NCBI GenBank assembly: GCA_014360065.1
Contig: JACIYF010000002.1
Span: 17,717-81,716 of the forward strand
DNA length: 64,000 nucleotides
Source: Clostridia bacterium
GTDB lineage: Bacteria > Bacillota > DSM-521 > Neomoorellales > JACIYF01
Reading direction: 5' to 3'
Numbering within the stretch: the first letter of the stretch is position 1; the number at the start of each line of letters is the position of its first letter. The notes under the pieces were generated by a model, which was given only the letters and a program-made list of their open reading frames with translations, was not told where the DNA came from and made no database searches. Below, piece after piece: positions 29,125-39,535 of the stretch. A program made the position numbers and the translations under genes.

Positions 29125-30342
29125 TTATGCTTCTGCCTCCGCTTGCAAGCGCCGCCGGACAATGGCATCCGCCATCCGCGCTACCCGCACCATGGCGGCC
29201 ACATCGTGAACCCTGACAATATCAGCTCCGAAAGCAATTCCCAGAGCCACCGTGGCCGCAGTCCCTTCCAGACGCTGGTCCACCGGCAGGCCCAAGGTGT
29301 TGCCAATAACCGACTTGCGGGAGGTGCCCAGAAGAATGGGGTATCCCAGCACTTTTAACTCCTTCAGGCGGGCTAGGACTTCCAGGTTTTGGTCGGTAGT
29401 CTTGCCGAAGCCGATGCCGGGGTCAGTCACGATTTGCTCCTCCCCTACCCCGGCCGCCTTGGCCGTCTCGATGCTCCAGCGCAGAGAAGTAAGCAAATCC
29501 GCCATTAAGTCCTGGTATTCAGTTCCATCCTGGTTGTGCATGAGGATTATGGGTGCACCGGCCCGAGCGGCTACTTCCGCCAGCCTAGGATCCTTTTTTA
29601 GGCCCCAGATATCATTGATGATATGAACCCCCTGATCTAGCGCCCACTGGGCGGTTTCGGAACGGTAAGTATCGATGGATACGGGCCTAGGGAGCTCCTG
29701 GACCAGCCGCTTGAGGACCGGAGCCAGCCTCTCCCTCTCCACCTCGCTGGTCACGGGTACATGGCCGGGCCGGGTAGATTCGGCCCCTACGTCGATGATA
29801 TCCGCCCCGTCTTCCACCATTTGGTGAGCATGTTCCAGGGCTCGTCCCGGGTCCAGCCATAGGCCGCCATCGGAAAAGGAGTCTGGAGTCACGTTAAGAA
29901 TTCCCATGACCAGGGTGCGCTCCCCTAAGGTTAAAACCTGATCCCTCGCCCGTATCTGCCGGGCTCGGCCAGCCTTGTCCCAGTTGTCCAAGGCCGAGCG
30001 CAACTCTCGAGCCAAATCCTTGAGCCCAAAGGGCTGAAGCAAAAGCTTACCGATGGCCTGGTGATATTGCTTTACCGTACCCATGAGCAGAACATCGGTG
30101 GTGGAATCGCGAAACCGGCTGGCGCCTTCGGAAACCGCTGCCTCAGCTCCTACAGCCAGCATTTGCTGCTTAAGCAAGTTGGCCGCCTTAACTGAAAGGC
30201 CACGAACCCAAAACTGGCGGAATACCCCCTTGGGAGCCATCAACGGCACTCCCCGGGCATCCACCTTAATTTGCCTCAAGGCCGCCTCTACCTCGGTCTG
30301 ATCTTTGAGCTCCACGATCCGCACCTGGTTCACCTGGTCCAT
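29125..30342 (-). CDS. folP: Dihydropteroate synthase with an extra N-terminal domain of about 135 aa.
   Basis: LVMGILNVTPDSFSDGG...DIIDVGAESTRPG...SIDT..INDI motifs. ATG at 30342 preceded by GGGAGGG. Confidence 0.85.
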   Translation of the reverse strand: MDQVNQVRIVELKDQTEVEAALRQIKVDARGVPLMAPKGVFRQFWVRGLSVKAANLLKQQMLAVGAEAAVSEGASRFRDSTTDVLLMGTVKQYHQAIGKLLLQPFGLKDLARELRSALDNWDKAGRARQIRARDQVLTLGERTLVMGILNVTPDSFSDGGLWLDPGRALEHAHQMVEDGADIIDVGAESTRPGHVPVTSEVERERLAPVLKRLVQELPRPVSIDTYRSETAQWALDQGVHIINDIWGLKKDPRLAEVAARAGAPIILMHNQDGTEYQDLMADLLTSLRWSIETAKAAGVGEEQIVTDPGIGFGKTTDQNLEVLARLKELKVLGYPILLGTSRKSVIGNTLGLPVDQRLEGTAATVALGIAFGADIVRVHDVAAMVRVARMADAIVRRRLQAEAEA

Positions 30343-30416
30343 ATGTTGTCCCTCCCAGAAACCAACCGGTCTTTCCCAAACCGGCTGCACGGCTCGGCAA
30401 AAGCTACCCCGTAAAG

Positions 30417-30950
30417 CTAAGCCTGCTTTAGAAGTAGCCCCACCCGGTCTAGCTCCTTCTCAATCGCTTCGAGCACTTGCTCGTCGCTTGCCTCCACCGT
30501 ATGTAGGTGCACACCTGAAGTCAAGGCCGAGAGAGGCTGAGCACCAGATCGGACCAGATTGTCGCTGAAGCGCCGCACCTCAGCCTCATTGTGCAACATC
30601 AGCATGCCCTTGAGCTCACCATAAAGGGGATGCTCCACTACTACATCTATGACCCTACCGCCCAGGCTCACCATGAGATGCAACTCCTCATACAGCCGGT
30701 CCATGCCGTGCTGCACAGCAAAGGTGCGCCGGGGAAAGCGCACCGCCTCTTCCATGATTATATATCCCTGGGGAGTAGCTAGAATACCGGCTCCCCGTGC
30801 CCTAAGCAAAGCAATATCCTGAACAATCACCTGGCGGCTGACTCCCAGGCGGCCAGATAGCTCGTGACCGGTGAGCGGTGCATTAGCCAAGCGCAACAGG
30901 CGCATAATCTCTGCCCGCCGCGCTTCCGCTTCCATGGGTAGCGCCGGCAT
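30417..30950 (-). CDS. niaR: Transcription repressor NiaR (HTH plus 3H domain).
   Basis: HTH (LTGHELSGRLGVSRQVIVQDIALLR) and 3H-domain His residues (VQHG, VVVEHPLYGEL, GVHLHTV). The start is ambiguous between ATG 30950 and ATG 30935. Confidence 0.75.
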   Translation of the reverse strand: MPALPMEAEARRAEIMRLLRLANAPLTGHELSGRLGVSRQVIVQDIALLRARGAGILATPQGYIIMEEAVRFPRRTFAVQHGMDRLYEELHLMVSLGGRVIDVVVEHPLYGELKGMLMLHNEAEVRRFSDNLVRSGAQPLSALTSGVHLHTVEASDEQVLEAIEKELDRVGLLLKQA

Positions 30951-30988
30951 ACCCCTTGGGCACCCCCTCAAGCAGGTTTCTCCTTAAT

Positions 30989-31438
30989 TTAGCTGTAAAT
31001 CCACTTCTCTACATCCCGGGTATATTGGCAAATCTCACTGGCATCGAAGTAAAGGTTAATCTCGCGCTCAGCGCTGGCCAGAGAATCCGACCCATGGACC
31101 ACATTGCGGCTGATGTCGAGGCCCAGGTCACCGCGGATGGTGCCCGGAGCTGATTTCTGCGGATCGGTGGCCCCCATCATTTGTCGAACCCCAGCCACCG
31201 CGTTAGCGCCCTCTACCACCATGGCCACTACCGGACCTGAGGTTATGTATTCGACCAGGTCTTCAAAGAAATCTTTGCCCCGGTGTTCGGCATAGTGTTT
31301 TTCCGCCTGGCTGCGGCTGATGGCTAGTAACTTCATGGCCGCCAAACGGTAGCCGCGCCGCTCCAACCGGGAGATTACTTCTCCCACCAGGCCCCGTTGG
31401 ACCCCGTCTGGCTTGACTAGGACTAGAGTACGTTCCAT
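30989..31438 (-). CDS. ndk: Nucleoside diphosphate kinase.
   Basis: [26 protein letters not shown]...NVVHGSDS (active-site His). Confidence 0.9.
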   Translation of the reverse strand: MERTLVLVKPDGVQRGLVGEVISRLERRGYRLAAMKLLAISRSQAEKHYAEHRGKDFFEDLVEYITSGPVVAMVVEGANAVAGVRQMMGATDPQKSAPGTIRGDLGLDISRNVVHGSDSLASAEREINLYFDASEICQYTRDVEKWIYS

Positions 31439-31473
31439 ATTGCATCTCCTCCAAGCAACCATTTACTTCTGCC

Positions 31474-31574
31474 CCCAGCACTCAACCCAGTGCTCAACAC
31501 AACCCGACAAGGTGTTGGTTGTTGTCCGGTCCGGCTAGACTCCGCGCCTACAGCCCCGATTTGAGTGCTGGGCC
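31474..31574. repeat. Inverted doublet of the dispersed repeat core (REPIN-like unit U2), in the ftsH-ndk intergenic region.
   Basis: CCCAGCACTCAA at 31474-31485, an adjacent variant CCCAGTGCTCAAC, then TTGAGTGCTGGGCC at 31561-31574. AGCCCCGATTTGAGTGCT equals the reverse complement of 16744-16761. Confidence 0.75.
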
Positions 31575-31675
31575 TTTTCCGCTGGCCCTTTCCTTTGACC
31601 CTATGGGGGCCCGACTTATAAAAAGAAAGGCCTTCGGGCGGACCTCTCCTCTCCCCTCTGAAGGCCTTTCTTTCT

Positions 31676-33685
31676 CTACATCAACATCAACAGCCACTGA
31701 CTATTGTTGCTCCAGAAATTCATCTTAATCGTAGGAAGTACCGGAGCCGGACTAGGTTCTTTCCTCTCCTTCTCCCTTTCCGGGGCCCGAACCGGCTCGG
31801 CCGCCTTCTCCTCGCTGGCGGCAGCCACCGGCAGCTCGGTTCTTTTCACCACTTCCTCCAGCACCGACTCCGGATCCCGACCAGCATCGACCGCCTGCAG
31901 AAGGGCCTCAAACTCTTCCGCCTCAAGGGTTTCCTTCTGCATCAAGGTCCGCGCCACCAAATGCAGCTTGGCCATGTTCTCCTCCAGGACCTTTTGGGCT
32001 CGGCTGTAACACTCATCCATGATCCGCCGCGCTTCTTTATCGATGCTGTAAGCTACGGCTTCGCTGTAATTGCGGTCTCGAGCCAAGTCCCGGCCCAAAA
32101 ACACTGCTTCCTGCCGATAGCCAAAGGTCATCGGTCCCAATTCCTCGGACATGCCGTATTCGGTAATCAACTTGCGCACCAGCTCGGTGGCCCTCTCTAG
32201 GTCGTTTTGGGCTCCAGTGCTGACTTCCTTCAACACTAGCTCCTCCGCCACCCGGCCGCCGAGAAGCATAGTAACTTGATCAAGGATCTGCGATCGAGTC
32301 ATATAGCGCCGATCTTCCTTGGGCAAAAGCAGCGTGTAACCGCCCGCCCTGCCCCGCGGTATAATAGAAACCTTATGGAGCGGGTCGGTATGGGGCAGAT
32401 AATGGCCCAAGAGAGCGTGTCCAGCCTCATGATAAGCTACCAACTTCTTTTCAAAATCGCTGATCACCCGCGATTTCTTCTCCGGACCGGCAATGACTCG
32501 CTCGATAGAGTCCTCTAGCTCACGCATGCCAATCCGCTTCTTGCCCCGCCGCGCCGCCAGCAGAGCACCCTCGTTGATCAGATTGGCTAGATCCGCCCCG
32601 GTGAAACCAGGGGTCCTCCGGGCCAATATATCCAAGTCGACATCATTGTCGAAGGGCTTGCCCCGAGCATGCACCTTGAGGATCTCCCTCCGGCCAGTGA
32701 CATCCGGGATATCAACCACAATTTGGCGGTCAAATCTCCCCGGACGCAACAGGGCCGGGTCCAATATGTCCGGCCGGTTGGTGGCCGCCATAATAATAAT
32801 GCCCTCGTTGGCACTAAACCCGTCCATCTCTACTAGCAGCTGGTTTAAGGTTTGCTCCCTCTCATCATGGCCACCGCCTAAACCAGCGCCCCGCTGCCGG
32901 CCTACGGCATCAATTTCGTCCACAAATACGATGCAGGGAGCATTTTTCTTGGCCTGCTCGAACAGGTCGCGTACCCGCGCTGCCCCCACGCCCACGAACA
33001 TCTCCACAAAGTCGGAGCCGCTGATGCTAAAGAAAGGCACGCCAGCTTCTCCCGCCACTGCCCGAGCCAGAAGGGTCTTGCCGGTACCTGGCGGTCCGAA
33101 CAGCAACACCCCTTTGGGAATTCGAGCGCCAATCTCGTTGAACTTGCGGGGATTCTTGAGGAATTCAACTACCTCCTCCAGTTCCTCTTTAGCCTCATCC
33201 ACCCCAGCCACATCGGCAAAGGTTACTCGCTTCTTATCCTCCGTATGCAGCCGAGCCCGGCTTTTCCCAAACTGCATAACCCTGCTGCCGCCGCCCTGGG
33301 TCTGCTGCATCATGAAGAAAAACAGGCCCACCAAAAGGAGAATGGGGAAGATTGTCCCCAGCATATTGGTCCACCATGGAGTCTCTGGAGTTGGCTTAGT
33401 TTCCACCTGCACATTATGCTGGGCCAGGTAATCACCTAACCCGGGATCCTGAGGCGCGTTAAGGGAAAAAGTCTTGCCGTCTTGGAACGTGCCCTGGATC
33501 TTCCATATACCCGACTGGCTGGTCATGACTACCTCTTTAACCTGCTTCTGCTCCACTGCCTCCCGGAACTGGGTGTAATTGAGTTCTGACACTTGGGCTG
33601 GGGCTTGGGAAGTCATATGGACCAAAGAAACGGCTATGAGTACCAAAAGCAGGTATATGGTAAGATTCCTCATAAGACGCGGCAT
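31676..33685 (-). CDS. ftsH: ATP-dependent zinc metalloprotease FtsH.
   Basis: 669-aa ORF with Walker [12 protein letters not shown] ([19 protein letters not shown]) and the HEAGH zinc motif. Confidence 0.95.
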   Translation of the reverse strand: MPRLMRNLTIYLLLVLIAVSLVHMTSQAPAQVSELNYTQFREAVEQKQVKEVVMTSQSGIWKIQGTFQDGKTFSLNAPQDPGLGDYLAQHNVQVETKPTPETPWWTNMLGTIFPILLLVGLFFFMMQQTQGGGSRVMQFGKSRARLHTEDKKRVTFADVAGVDEAKEELEEVVEFLKNPRKFNEIGARIPKGVLLFGPPGTGKTLLARAVAGEAGVPFFSISGSDFVEMFVGVGAARVRDLFEQAKKNAPCIVFVDEIDAVGRQRGAGLGGGHDEREQTLNQLLVEMDGFSANEGIIIMAATNRPDILDPALLRPGRFDRQIVVDIPDVTGRREILKVHARGKPFDNDVDLDILARRTPGFTGADLANLINEGALLAARRGKKRIGMRELEDSIERVIAGPEKKSRVISDFEKKLVAYHEAGHALLGHYLPHTDPLHKVSIIPRGRAGGYTLLLPKEDRRYMTRSQILDQVTMLLGGRVAEELVLKEVSTGAQNDLERATELVRKLITEYGMSEELGPMTFGYRQEAVFLGRDLARDRNYSEAVAYSIDKEARRIMDECYSRAQKVLEENMAKLHLVARTLMQKETLEAEEFEALLQAVDAGRDPESVLEEVVKRTELPVAAASEEKAAEPVRAPEREKERKEPSPAPVLPTIKMNFWSNNSQWLLMLM

Positions 33686-33830
33686 GACTTCACCCTCCTT
33701 TCCTTTAATGATTTGCCCTGGCTATCTAATCGGCATATCTAATCCGCGTGCTATGCCGGTTGTATTCCCTCTAAATTCTTGCCAGAGCCAAGCATGGCTA
33801 ACCCTCTCGCCAACGGCCCCATGGCTTTGG

Positions 33831-33859
33831 ATTGTACCATAGTATCATGATAATGACAA
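33831..33859 (-). promoter_or_regulatory. Putative sigma-A promoter of ftsH.
   Basis: Minus strand reads TTGTCA-17 nt-TACAAT with a TGG extended -10, about 140 nt upstream of the ftsH ATG. Confidence 0.5.
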
Positions 33860-33876
33860 CTGCAAGAAATTCCAGA

Positions 33877-35361
33877 CTATCCGTTATTCCCCTCGGTGGG
33901 GCCACCTGCTTCCCTTGCTTGGAGGTTATCACATTTAAGTAGCTCTAGCTGAAGTACGCGACTAGTATCAGGGGTTACTTTCCACCGGTCGTCCAGGCGC
34001 ACCCCGCCCACCCAGATGATGCCTTGGGCCGATGCAATTATGGGGATCTGTAGTCGCTTTTCGGAAGGGATTTTAGCGTCCACGAATAAATCCTGAACCT
34101 TCTTCCTTCGTCCTCCCATCCCCAGCGGACACATCCAGTCCCCCGGCTCCCAGGTGCGAACCCAAAGCGGGAGTTCCACCAAATCTAAATCCACATAGGC
34201 CCGCTCGGGTGGCGCCGAAACGATTTCCTTTTCCACCGGCGCAGGAGCCTGGCGCTGAAATATGTCCACCGCCACCATTATACCAAGCTCAGGGACATTA
34301 GTTCGACCCTTAAGCCCCAAAAAATGAAAAATTTTTTGGGGCGGGGATATTTCTTCGACTTGCTCATCATCCTTTTCCGCTCTTATGTAAAGCCGATCGC
34401 CTGAGGTTCTAGCTTCCATTTTTCCTGGCAACTTGATGGTACCAGATTCGTCTTGGCGGATTAGGTATCGCACCATTTCCACATGCTCAAAATCTAAGCT
34501 GGGCTTATGTCCCCTTTCCCAGGAAGCCTGGCGGGCATAGAGCCGCCGAATGACCCGGCGCTCCAGGGCTTCCGGCAGCAGGGCCAACTGCCTGCGGTTG
34601 ACCGGCAGTTCTCCCAGCTTCGAAAGAGCTGCTTCCGCCTGCTCTTCCATCCAATCATCTTCAGCAGCCAAGATGGTGGCAGTGCGGTTTAAAGCCGGGA
34701 CGATGGCGGGGTTAAAGTTTTGGGCCAACCAAGGAAGCAGTTGCCAACGAATGCGGTTGCGCAGGTAGGCAACGTCGAAATTGGTACTGTCTTGAATAAA
34801 CGGCAACCCGTGCTCCCGACAGTATTGCTCAATTTCTGGGCGAGTAACCTCCAGCAGAGGCCGGATGATTCGGCCTCGGCGAGGGGCCATGCCCCGCAAG
34901 CCCTCGGTCCCGCCTCCGCGAATCAGGTGCATTAGCACTGTCTCGGCCTGATCATTGGCGTGATGAGCCACCGCAATCTTGGCAGCCTGAACTTTGGCAG
35001 CCGTAGCCTCTAAGAACTGATAGCGAGCCTGGCGGGCAGCCTCCTCCAAGGAGACGCCGCTTTCAGCTCGAAGCCGGGGAACATCGACCCGTCCCACCTG
35101 GACGGGGATACCCAACTTTTGCCCCAACTCTAAGACCAGCTGTTGATCCCGCTCAGCTTCTTGGCCTCGGATAAGGTGATTGAGGTGGGCGGCCACCACC
35201 TTGATGGCCCACACTTGAGAAAGCTGGTACAAAACGTGAAGCAGGCATACTGAATCCGCTCCCCCCGAAACTCCCACTAGAACCGTTTCGCCCGGGGCGA
35301 GCAACTGGTAACGCTTGATGGTTAAGCGCACCTTGTTCACCAGCGTCTCCGGCACCCGCAC
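33877..35361 (-). CDS. tilS: tRNA(Ile)-lysidine synthetase.
   Basis: PP-loop VGVSGGADSVCLL, about 490 aa, immediately upstream of ftsH. Confidence 0.9.
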   Translation of the reverse strand: MRVPETLVNKVRLTIKRYQLLAPGETVLVGVSGGADSVCLLHVLYQLSQVWAIKVVAAHLNHLIRGQEAERDQQLVLELGQKLGIPVQVGRVDVPRLRAESGVSLEEAARQARYQFLEATAAKVQAAKIAVAHHANDQAETVLMHLIRGGGTEGLRGMAPRRGRIIRPLLEVTRPEIEQYCREHGLPFIQDSTNFDVAYLRNRIRWQLLPWLAQNFNPAIVPALNRTATILAAEDDWMEEQAEAALSKLGELPVNRRQLALLPEALERRVIRRLYARQASWERGHKPSLDFEHVEMVRYLIRQDESGTIKLPGKMEARTSGDRLYIRAEKDDEQVEEISPPQKIFHFLGLKGRTNVPELGIMVAVDIFQRQAPAPVEKEIVSAPPERAYVDLDLVELPLWVRTWEPGDWMCPLGMGGRRKKVQDLFVDAKIPSEKRLQIPIIASAQGIIWVGGVRLDDRWKVTPDTSRVLQLELLKCDNLQAREAGGPTEGNNG

Positions 35362-35431
35362 CCCACTCCCCCGTCGAACTTTGAGGCTGTATGTTCAGTA
35401 TAGCACATGGCTGGGCTGGAGGAGCCGAAAA

Positions 35432-38173
35432 CTATTCCAACAAGGCCACCACTACGGTCATATCATCGTAAGCTACCCCGCGGGCATGGTTGAGAGCTTC
35501 CTGAAGAATCACTTGGGCCATGGCCTGAGCATCGGCCGGGGGCAGGTCCCTAAAAAAGGTTGGCAACCATTCTCCCCCGCCTCCGCCCTTATCTTCACCG
35601 TTCCCCCAATCCGCCTCCATCGTAGCGCTAAGGCTGGCTACCCGAGGGCTAGTAGCGGAAGGGCCCGTGGCCGGAGGGCCAACCGCCAGCGAGCCAGCTG
35701 CCGGGGACCCGTTGGCAACCCTGTTGGCCCGGTCGGAATGATTGTGCCGAGCCGCATCCAGAACCCCGTCGCTAAACAGGCAAAGGATATCTCCGCTCCG
35801 CAACCGATAACGAACCGGGTGGATCTCAATCTGGTCCAGGATCCCGGCTGGCAGGCTGGGGGAGCGCACCATGGCCACCCGTCTCCCCCTCTTCACCAGG
35901 CTGGGCAAGGCGCCAACTTTAATAAACTCCCCCTCGCCGGAATGCAGGTTCAATATCACCAGATCGATGGTGGCAAAGCTATCCTCCTGGGAAGTAAGCA
36001 GCATAGAACCATTAGCCAAGCGGACCGCGGTCTCGGCAGGCAATCCCGCCTCCAGGAACTCTCTGATCAGGCCAATGGTCTTGGCGCTCTGCTGGGCCGC
36101 TTCGGATCCCGACCCCATGCCATCGCTTACGACCAAGGCCCAACGTCCTGACCCTAACGGAAAGCTGGCCCAATTGTCCCCGCAAAGTTGCTTGCCCTCC
36201 CGACAAGCTTGGGCGCCGCCAACCTTCACCTTGAGCGGCGGTGCAGCTACGATGGAGAAATTGCAAGTAGAAGGGCCGCAAGCCCGGTTGTCCAAGGTCA
36301 TAGGTTTACCTACCAGTTTGCCGACCAGGGGAACAATTTGGCTTAAGCATAGCCCGCTTTGGCCGCAAAGCCTTCCTGCGGCTCCTTCCTGGCCACCCTC
36401 CGTATCATTAAGCCCCGGCGCTGCCGGGACTGGCCCGGGTACCTCCAAACCCACTATTATCTCCAAAGGCTCCTTCAGCACCTTAACTTCGCTCACCGGT
36501 AGTCGCCGTTCCTTGAGTTGGGCCGATATTCCTTGCTCCCAATCAGCATCGAACTCAACCTCGGACTGAACTTGAGTAGCAGCCTGCTCCAGGAAGCTGG
36601 CCATGCCTCCAGCTTGGTAGGCGAGAATGCGCCGACCTTCATTTACCTTCTGCCTCCACCACCGCTGCTGCTGCCAGCTTTCTCGCCACCACTCCGCCAG
36701 CCAAAGCAGTTCCCGAGTGCGTGAGCAACGCCGGGCGATGTCCTTGTCTAGATGCTTCTCTTCCACCGGCCCCATCCGGGCAGCAGCCAAAAGGCCTAGA
36801 AAGGCCCGATAAGTGTCGTAATAGTTTTTCTCCCAGCACAGGCGATAGAGGGTGCAAGGGCGACAGATCTCCCGCTCCAAGCGTTCCACTCCTTGGGTGA
36901 GCTTGTCCTCCTCAGCGCCGGTGACCACTGCATCCTGAAAAGTCCGCCTGAGTTCATCCATGGCTCGGGCCGAGCGCCGGAGGCGTTGCCCCACTATCCA
37001 CCGCCATTTTTTACCCTCGCTAGAAGCCTTCTTATTGGCAGCTGGCAGACCGGCGCTAGACCGCCAACCCAGCCCGGCCAACAATCGCCCGGGAAGGGCT
37101 AAAAACAGAGCCACAGCTACTACGGTTTCCCCCAAGAAGCCTAGCAGAGTGACCCGGTCAGCCGCATAGGGAGAGAGCGTGAGGGTGCCGATGATAAAAG
37201 CCAAAGCCAGCCCCCATTTACCATAGCGGCGCAAGGCGCCAGCCAAAAGCCCTATTAGGGCATAGTAGCCTATGGCCGGCGATAGGATTAAAGATGAGAG
37301 GGAAGGAATTAGGCCCACCGCCGCCCCTACGCCAGCTCCTGCTCCACTGCCTCCGGCAGCCGCAGCTAGGAGAATCAGCAACCGGCCGGCTACCCCTAGG
37401 GCAGAAATCCCTCCCCACTCCCAGCCGCCGAGGCCGGAAACCATACCCAAGGCTAGAATCAGAAGAGCTACCACCTCCTCTCCAGCCAAGCGCTGATCCT
37501 TAAGCCGGTATATAGCCTCGGTAGCCGCCAAAAAGGCTACCGCTAAACCACCCGCTAAACCAGCTTCCAGTACCACCTTCCCAAGCCAAGCTAGATCGAT
37601 TCCCCTCAGAGCGCCCACCCCGGAATTTAGGCCTGAGGTTAGGACTCCTTGCCCCTCTGCCCCTAAGGGCAACGGGGCAATGGACCTGGCTTGAAACATA
37701 TGGATGGCCAGCTCTCCCACTCCCTGGGTAATCAAGGTGGATATAACAACCAACCCCGGCACCATCAGCCAACGGCGGTCGAAAGGCAGGTTAGCCCGCC
37801 GCAGCATAACGGCTAGCAGAACCAAGTTTACTAGGCGGGGCCAAAGCTGCGGCCCCTGGGCAGCGGAGATGGTGCCGGCCAGGCTTCCCAAAAGTATCGG
37901 TCCGGCCCGGGAAGGGTTAAAGGCTATGGCTGCCGCCAAAAAGGCTGGCCCCATAGGAAAGAGCTGGTCTTGAATGCTGGCCCGGCTAAGCAGGAACGCA
38001 CTGAAAGCCCAAGCCAGCACCCGGGCCACATCCGCCCAAGTAGGCCCGGCCCGCTCTAGGTTGGTAGGTGTAGACCTGCCTCTTGCCATCTTGCGCGCCC
38101 GCTGTCGCCGCCAGATAACTGAACTCTCATACCCAGATGGCCGAGATTCGAGCACCGGCATCGCCCCCAGCAT
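35432..38173 (-). CDS. spoIIE: Stage II sporulation protein E (membrane-anchored PP2C phosphatase).
   Basis: 913-aa ORF with a long polytopic N-terminal region and a C-terminal PP2C/SpoIIE domain (CGDNWASF...VVSDGMGSG...FATIDL...LFSDGV...DDMTVVV). Confidence 0.85.
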   Translation of the reverse strand: MLGAMPVLESRPSGYESSVIWRRQRARKMARGRSTPTNLERAGPTWADVARVLAWAFSAFLLSRASIQDQLFPMGPAFLAAAIAFNPSRAGPILLGSLAGTISAAQGPQLWPRLVNLVLLAVMLRRANLPFDRRWLMVPGLVVISTLITQGVGELAIHMFQARSIAPLPLGAEGQGVLTSGLNSGVGALRGIDLAWLGKVVLEAGLAGGLAVAFLAATEAIYRLKDQRLAGEEVVALLILALGMVSGLGGWEWGGISALGVAGRLLILLAAAAGGSGAGAGVGAAVGLIPSLSSLILSPAIGYYALIGLLAGALRRYGKWGLALAFIIGTLTLSPYAADRVTLLGFLGETVVAVALFLALPGRLLAGLGWRSSAGLPAANKKASSEGKKWRWIVGQRLRRSARAMDELRRTFQDAVVTGAEEDKLTQGVERLEREICRPCTLYRLCWEKNYYDTYRAFLGLLAAARMGPVEEKHLDKDIARRCSRTRELLWLAEWWRESWQQQRWWRQKVNEGRRILAYQAGGMASFLEQAATQVQSEVEFDADWEQGISAQLKERRLPVSEVKVLKEPLEIIVGLEVPGPVPAAPGLNDTEGGQEGAAGRLCGQSGLCLSQIVPLVGKLVGKPMTLDNRACGPSTCNFSIVAAPPLKVKVGGAQACREGKQLCGDNWASFPLGSGRWALVVSDGMGSGSEAAQQSAKTIGLIREFLEAGLPAETAVRLANGSMLLTSQEDSFATIDLVILNLHSGEGEFIKVGALPSLVKRGRRVAMVRSPSLPAGILDQIEIHPVRYRLRSGDILCLFSDGVLDAARHNHSDRANRVANGSPAAGSLAVGPPATGPSATSPRVASLSATMEADWGNGEDKGGGGGEWLPTFFRDLPPADAQAMAQVILQEALNHARGVAYDDMTVVVALLE

Positions 38174-38390
38174 TATCTGGCGCTAATTATAGACACCATC
38201 AAGCAAAAAGCTTGTCGGTAAAACTGCCAGGGGCAAGTCAACTTTCGACGGCCAGAAACTATTAATTTTTCGCCGGTGACCATAGCGCGAAGGATTAAGC
38301 TCTTTGTCAAAGCGTCACTAAATTTATAGTCTCGCTCGCAACGTCAGGGTTACAGGCCAGCAGGCGGAAGCACTACCAAACTCCATGCGG

Positions 38391-38434
38391 CAAAAATAAA
38401 AGAGCCTACCGCAAATGTAGGCTCTTTTTGTTTT
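38391..38434 (-). terminator. Intrinsic (bidirectional) terminator between tRNA-Met and spoIIE.
   Basis: AGAGCCTAC-N7-GTAGGCTCT is a perfect 9-bp stem flanked by T-runs on both strands (TTTTGTTTT on plus, TTTATTTTT on minus). Confidence 0.75.
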
Positions 38435-38437
38435 CCC

Positions 38438-38513
38438 GGTAGCGGTGGTAGGATTCGAACCTACGACACTACGGGTATGAACCGTATGCTCTAACCAGCT
38501 GAGCTACACCGCC
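38438..38513 (-). tRNA. tRNA-Met (anticodon CAU), elongator type.
   Basis: Minus strand reads GGCGGTGTAGCTCAGCTGGTTAGAGCATACGGTTCATACCCGTAGTGTCGTAGGTTCGAATCCTACCACCGCTACC. The cloverleaf folds by hand. It lacks the three G-C pairs of an initiator anticodon stem. Confidence 0.9.
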
Positions 38514-38725
38514 ATCCTGCCACCGAAACCACGTTAAGCAATTATATTATGGCCAACTTCCACCCCGCTGTCAAGAACCTGCGGTCGCCCAAACTTGCCC
38601 ACACCTAGGGTTCTGATCATGACAACAGCCTGTCGGTTTTTTTGGAGGCAGGATTCAGGCTTTAGCTGTCTAACCTAACCCAAGGAAACAAGTAGCTTAA
38701 GCTTAAGGTTATGGGGGCATAGTTG

Positions 38726-39535
38726 ATGCAGAAATTGACTGAACTCTTTGACCGCCTTCGGAGTTTAGAATCGGTCCTTGTGGCCTTTTCGGGAGGGGTA
38801 GACAGTACCTTTCTCCTTTGGGCGGCAGTTCAAGCCTTAGGCCCCAAGGTGCTGGCGGTAACTGCTAGCGGCCCGGCCCGGCCACCGGGAGAAGAAAAGG
38901 AAGCGGAAAAGTTGGCTCGCCAACTAGGGATCGAGTTTATGGTAATCCAGGGCAGAGAGCTCAACTTACCAGAGTTTACCGCCAACCCGCCCAGCCGCTG
39001 CTATTTTTGCCGGCGCAACCTTTATCAGCAGCTGAAGCAGATAGCCAAAAGCCGAGGGCTGAATCAGGTTATCGATGGGACCAATTTCGATGATGGGTCC
39101 GACTACCGCCCCGGGATCCGCGCCGCCAAGGAGGCAGGTATTATCAGCCCTCTAGCTGAAGTCGGCCTCACCAAGGCCGAGATCCGCCAATTGGCTCGCC
39201 AGGCGGGGCTACCCATCTGGGATAAACCAGCCGAGCCCTGCCTAGCTTCCCGCATTCCTTATAATCAGCCCATTACCGAGGAGAAACTGCGCCAGATAGC
39301 GCTGGCTGAGGCCCATTTGCGACAACTGGGTTTCGTCCCCTGCCGAGTACGACACCACGGCGATACGGCTCGCATCGAAGTGGAGGCTTCCCAGCTGGCA
39401 GAAGTGACAAAGAAGGCCAGCGAATTGGTTACCTTTCTAGAAAACCTTGGCTTTACCTACGTCACTTTGGATCTCAAGGGCTTTCGTAGCGGCAGCTTAA
39501 ACGAGGTTTTGGAAATCCAGGCCCTAAAACCCTAA
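38726..39535 (+). CDS. larE: PP-loop ATP-utilising enzyme, LarE-like (TIGR00268-type sulfur transferase family).
   Basis: FSGGVDSTFLL PP-loop, and CLASRIPY near the C-terminal third (LarE-type Cys). Confidence 0.7.
   Translation: MQKLTELFDRLRSLESVLVAFSGGVDSTFLLWAAVQALGPKVLAVTASGPARPPGEEKEAEKLARQLGIEFMVIQGRELNLPEFTANPPSRCYFCRRNLYQQLKQIAKSRGLNQVIDGTNFDDGSDYRPGIRAAKEAGIISPLAEVGLTKAEIRQLARQAGLPIWDKPAEPCLASRIPYNQPITEEKLRQIALAEAHLRQLGFVPCRVRHHGDTARIEVEASQLAEVTKKASELVTFLENLGFTYVTLDLKGFRSGSLNEVLEIQALKP

Noticed and set aside
32493-33431. Long antisense ORFs inside well-supported genes. Examples: 312 aa opposite ftsH; 278 aa at 35315-36151 opposite tilS/spoIIE; 254 aa at 13386-14150 and 212 aa at 12090-12728 opposite prkA/yhbH; 283 aa at 58017-58868; 232 aa at 22726-23424.
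   Set aside because: Their products are Ala/Arg/Pro/Ser-rich with no motifs and no RBS, and each is fully nested opposite a gene with clear family motifs. This is the typical stop-codon-poor antisense frame of GC-rich DNA.
33686-33876. Absence of hpt (hprT) between tilS and ftsH, where many Firmicutes have it.
   Set aside because: The 190-nt gap contains a good ftsH promoter and no gene remnant. Gene-order variation at this position is common, so it is not informative on its own.
38174-38390. Spo0A boxes upstream of spoIIE: TGTCAAA at 38305-38311, CGTCGAA on the minus strand at 38244-38250, and TGTCGGT at 38214-38220.
   Set aside because: All are only near-matches (1-2 mismatches) to the 7-nt TGTCGAA box, which occurs frequently by chance. 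There is no clear -10/-35 context, so I did not call them as features.
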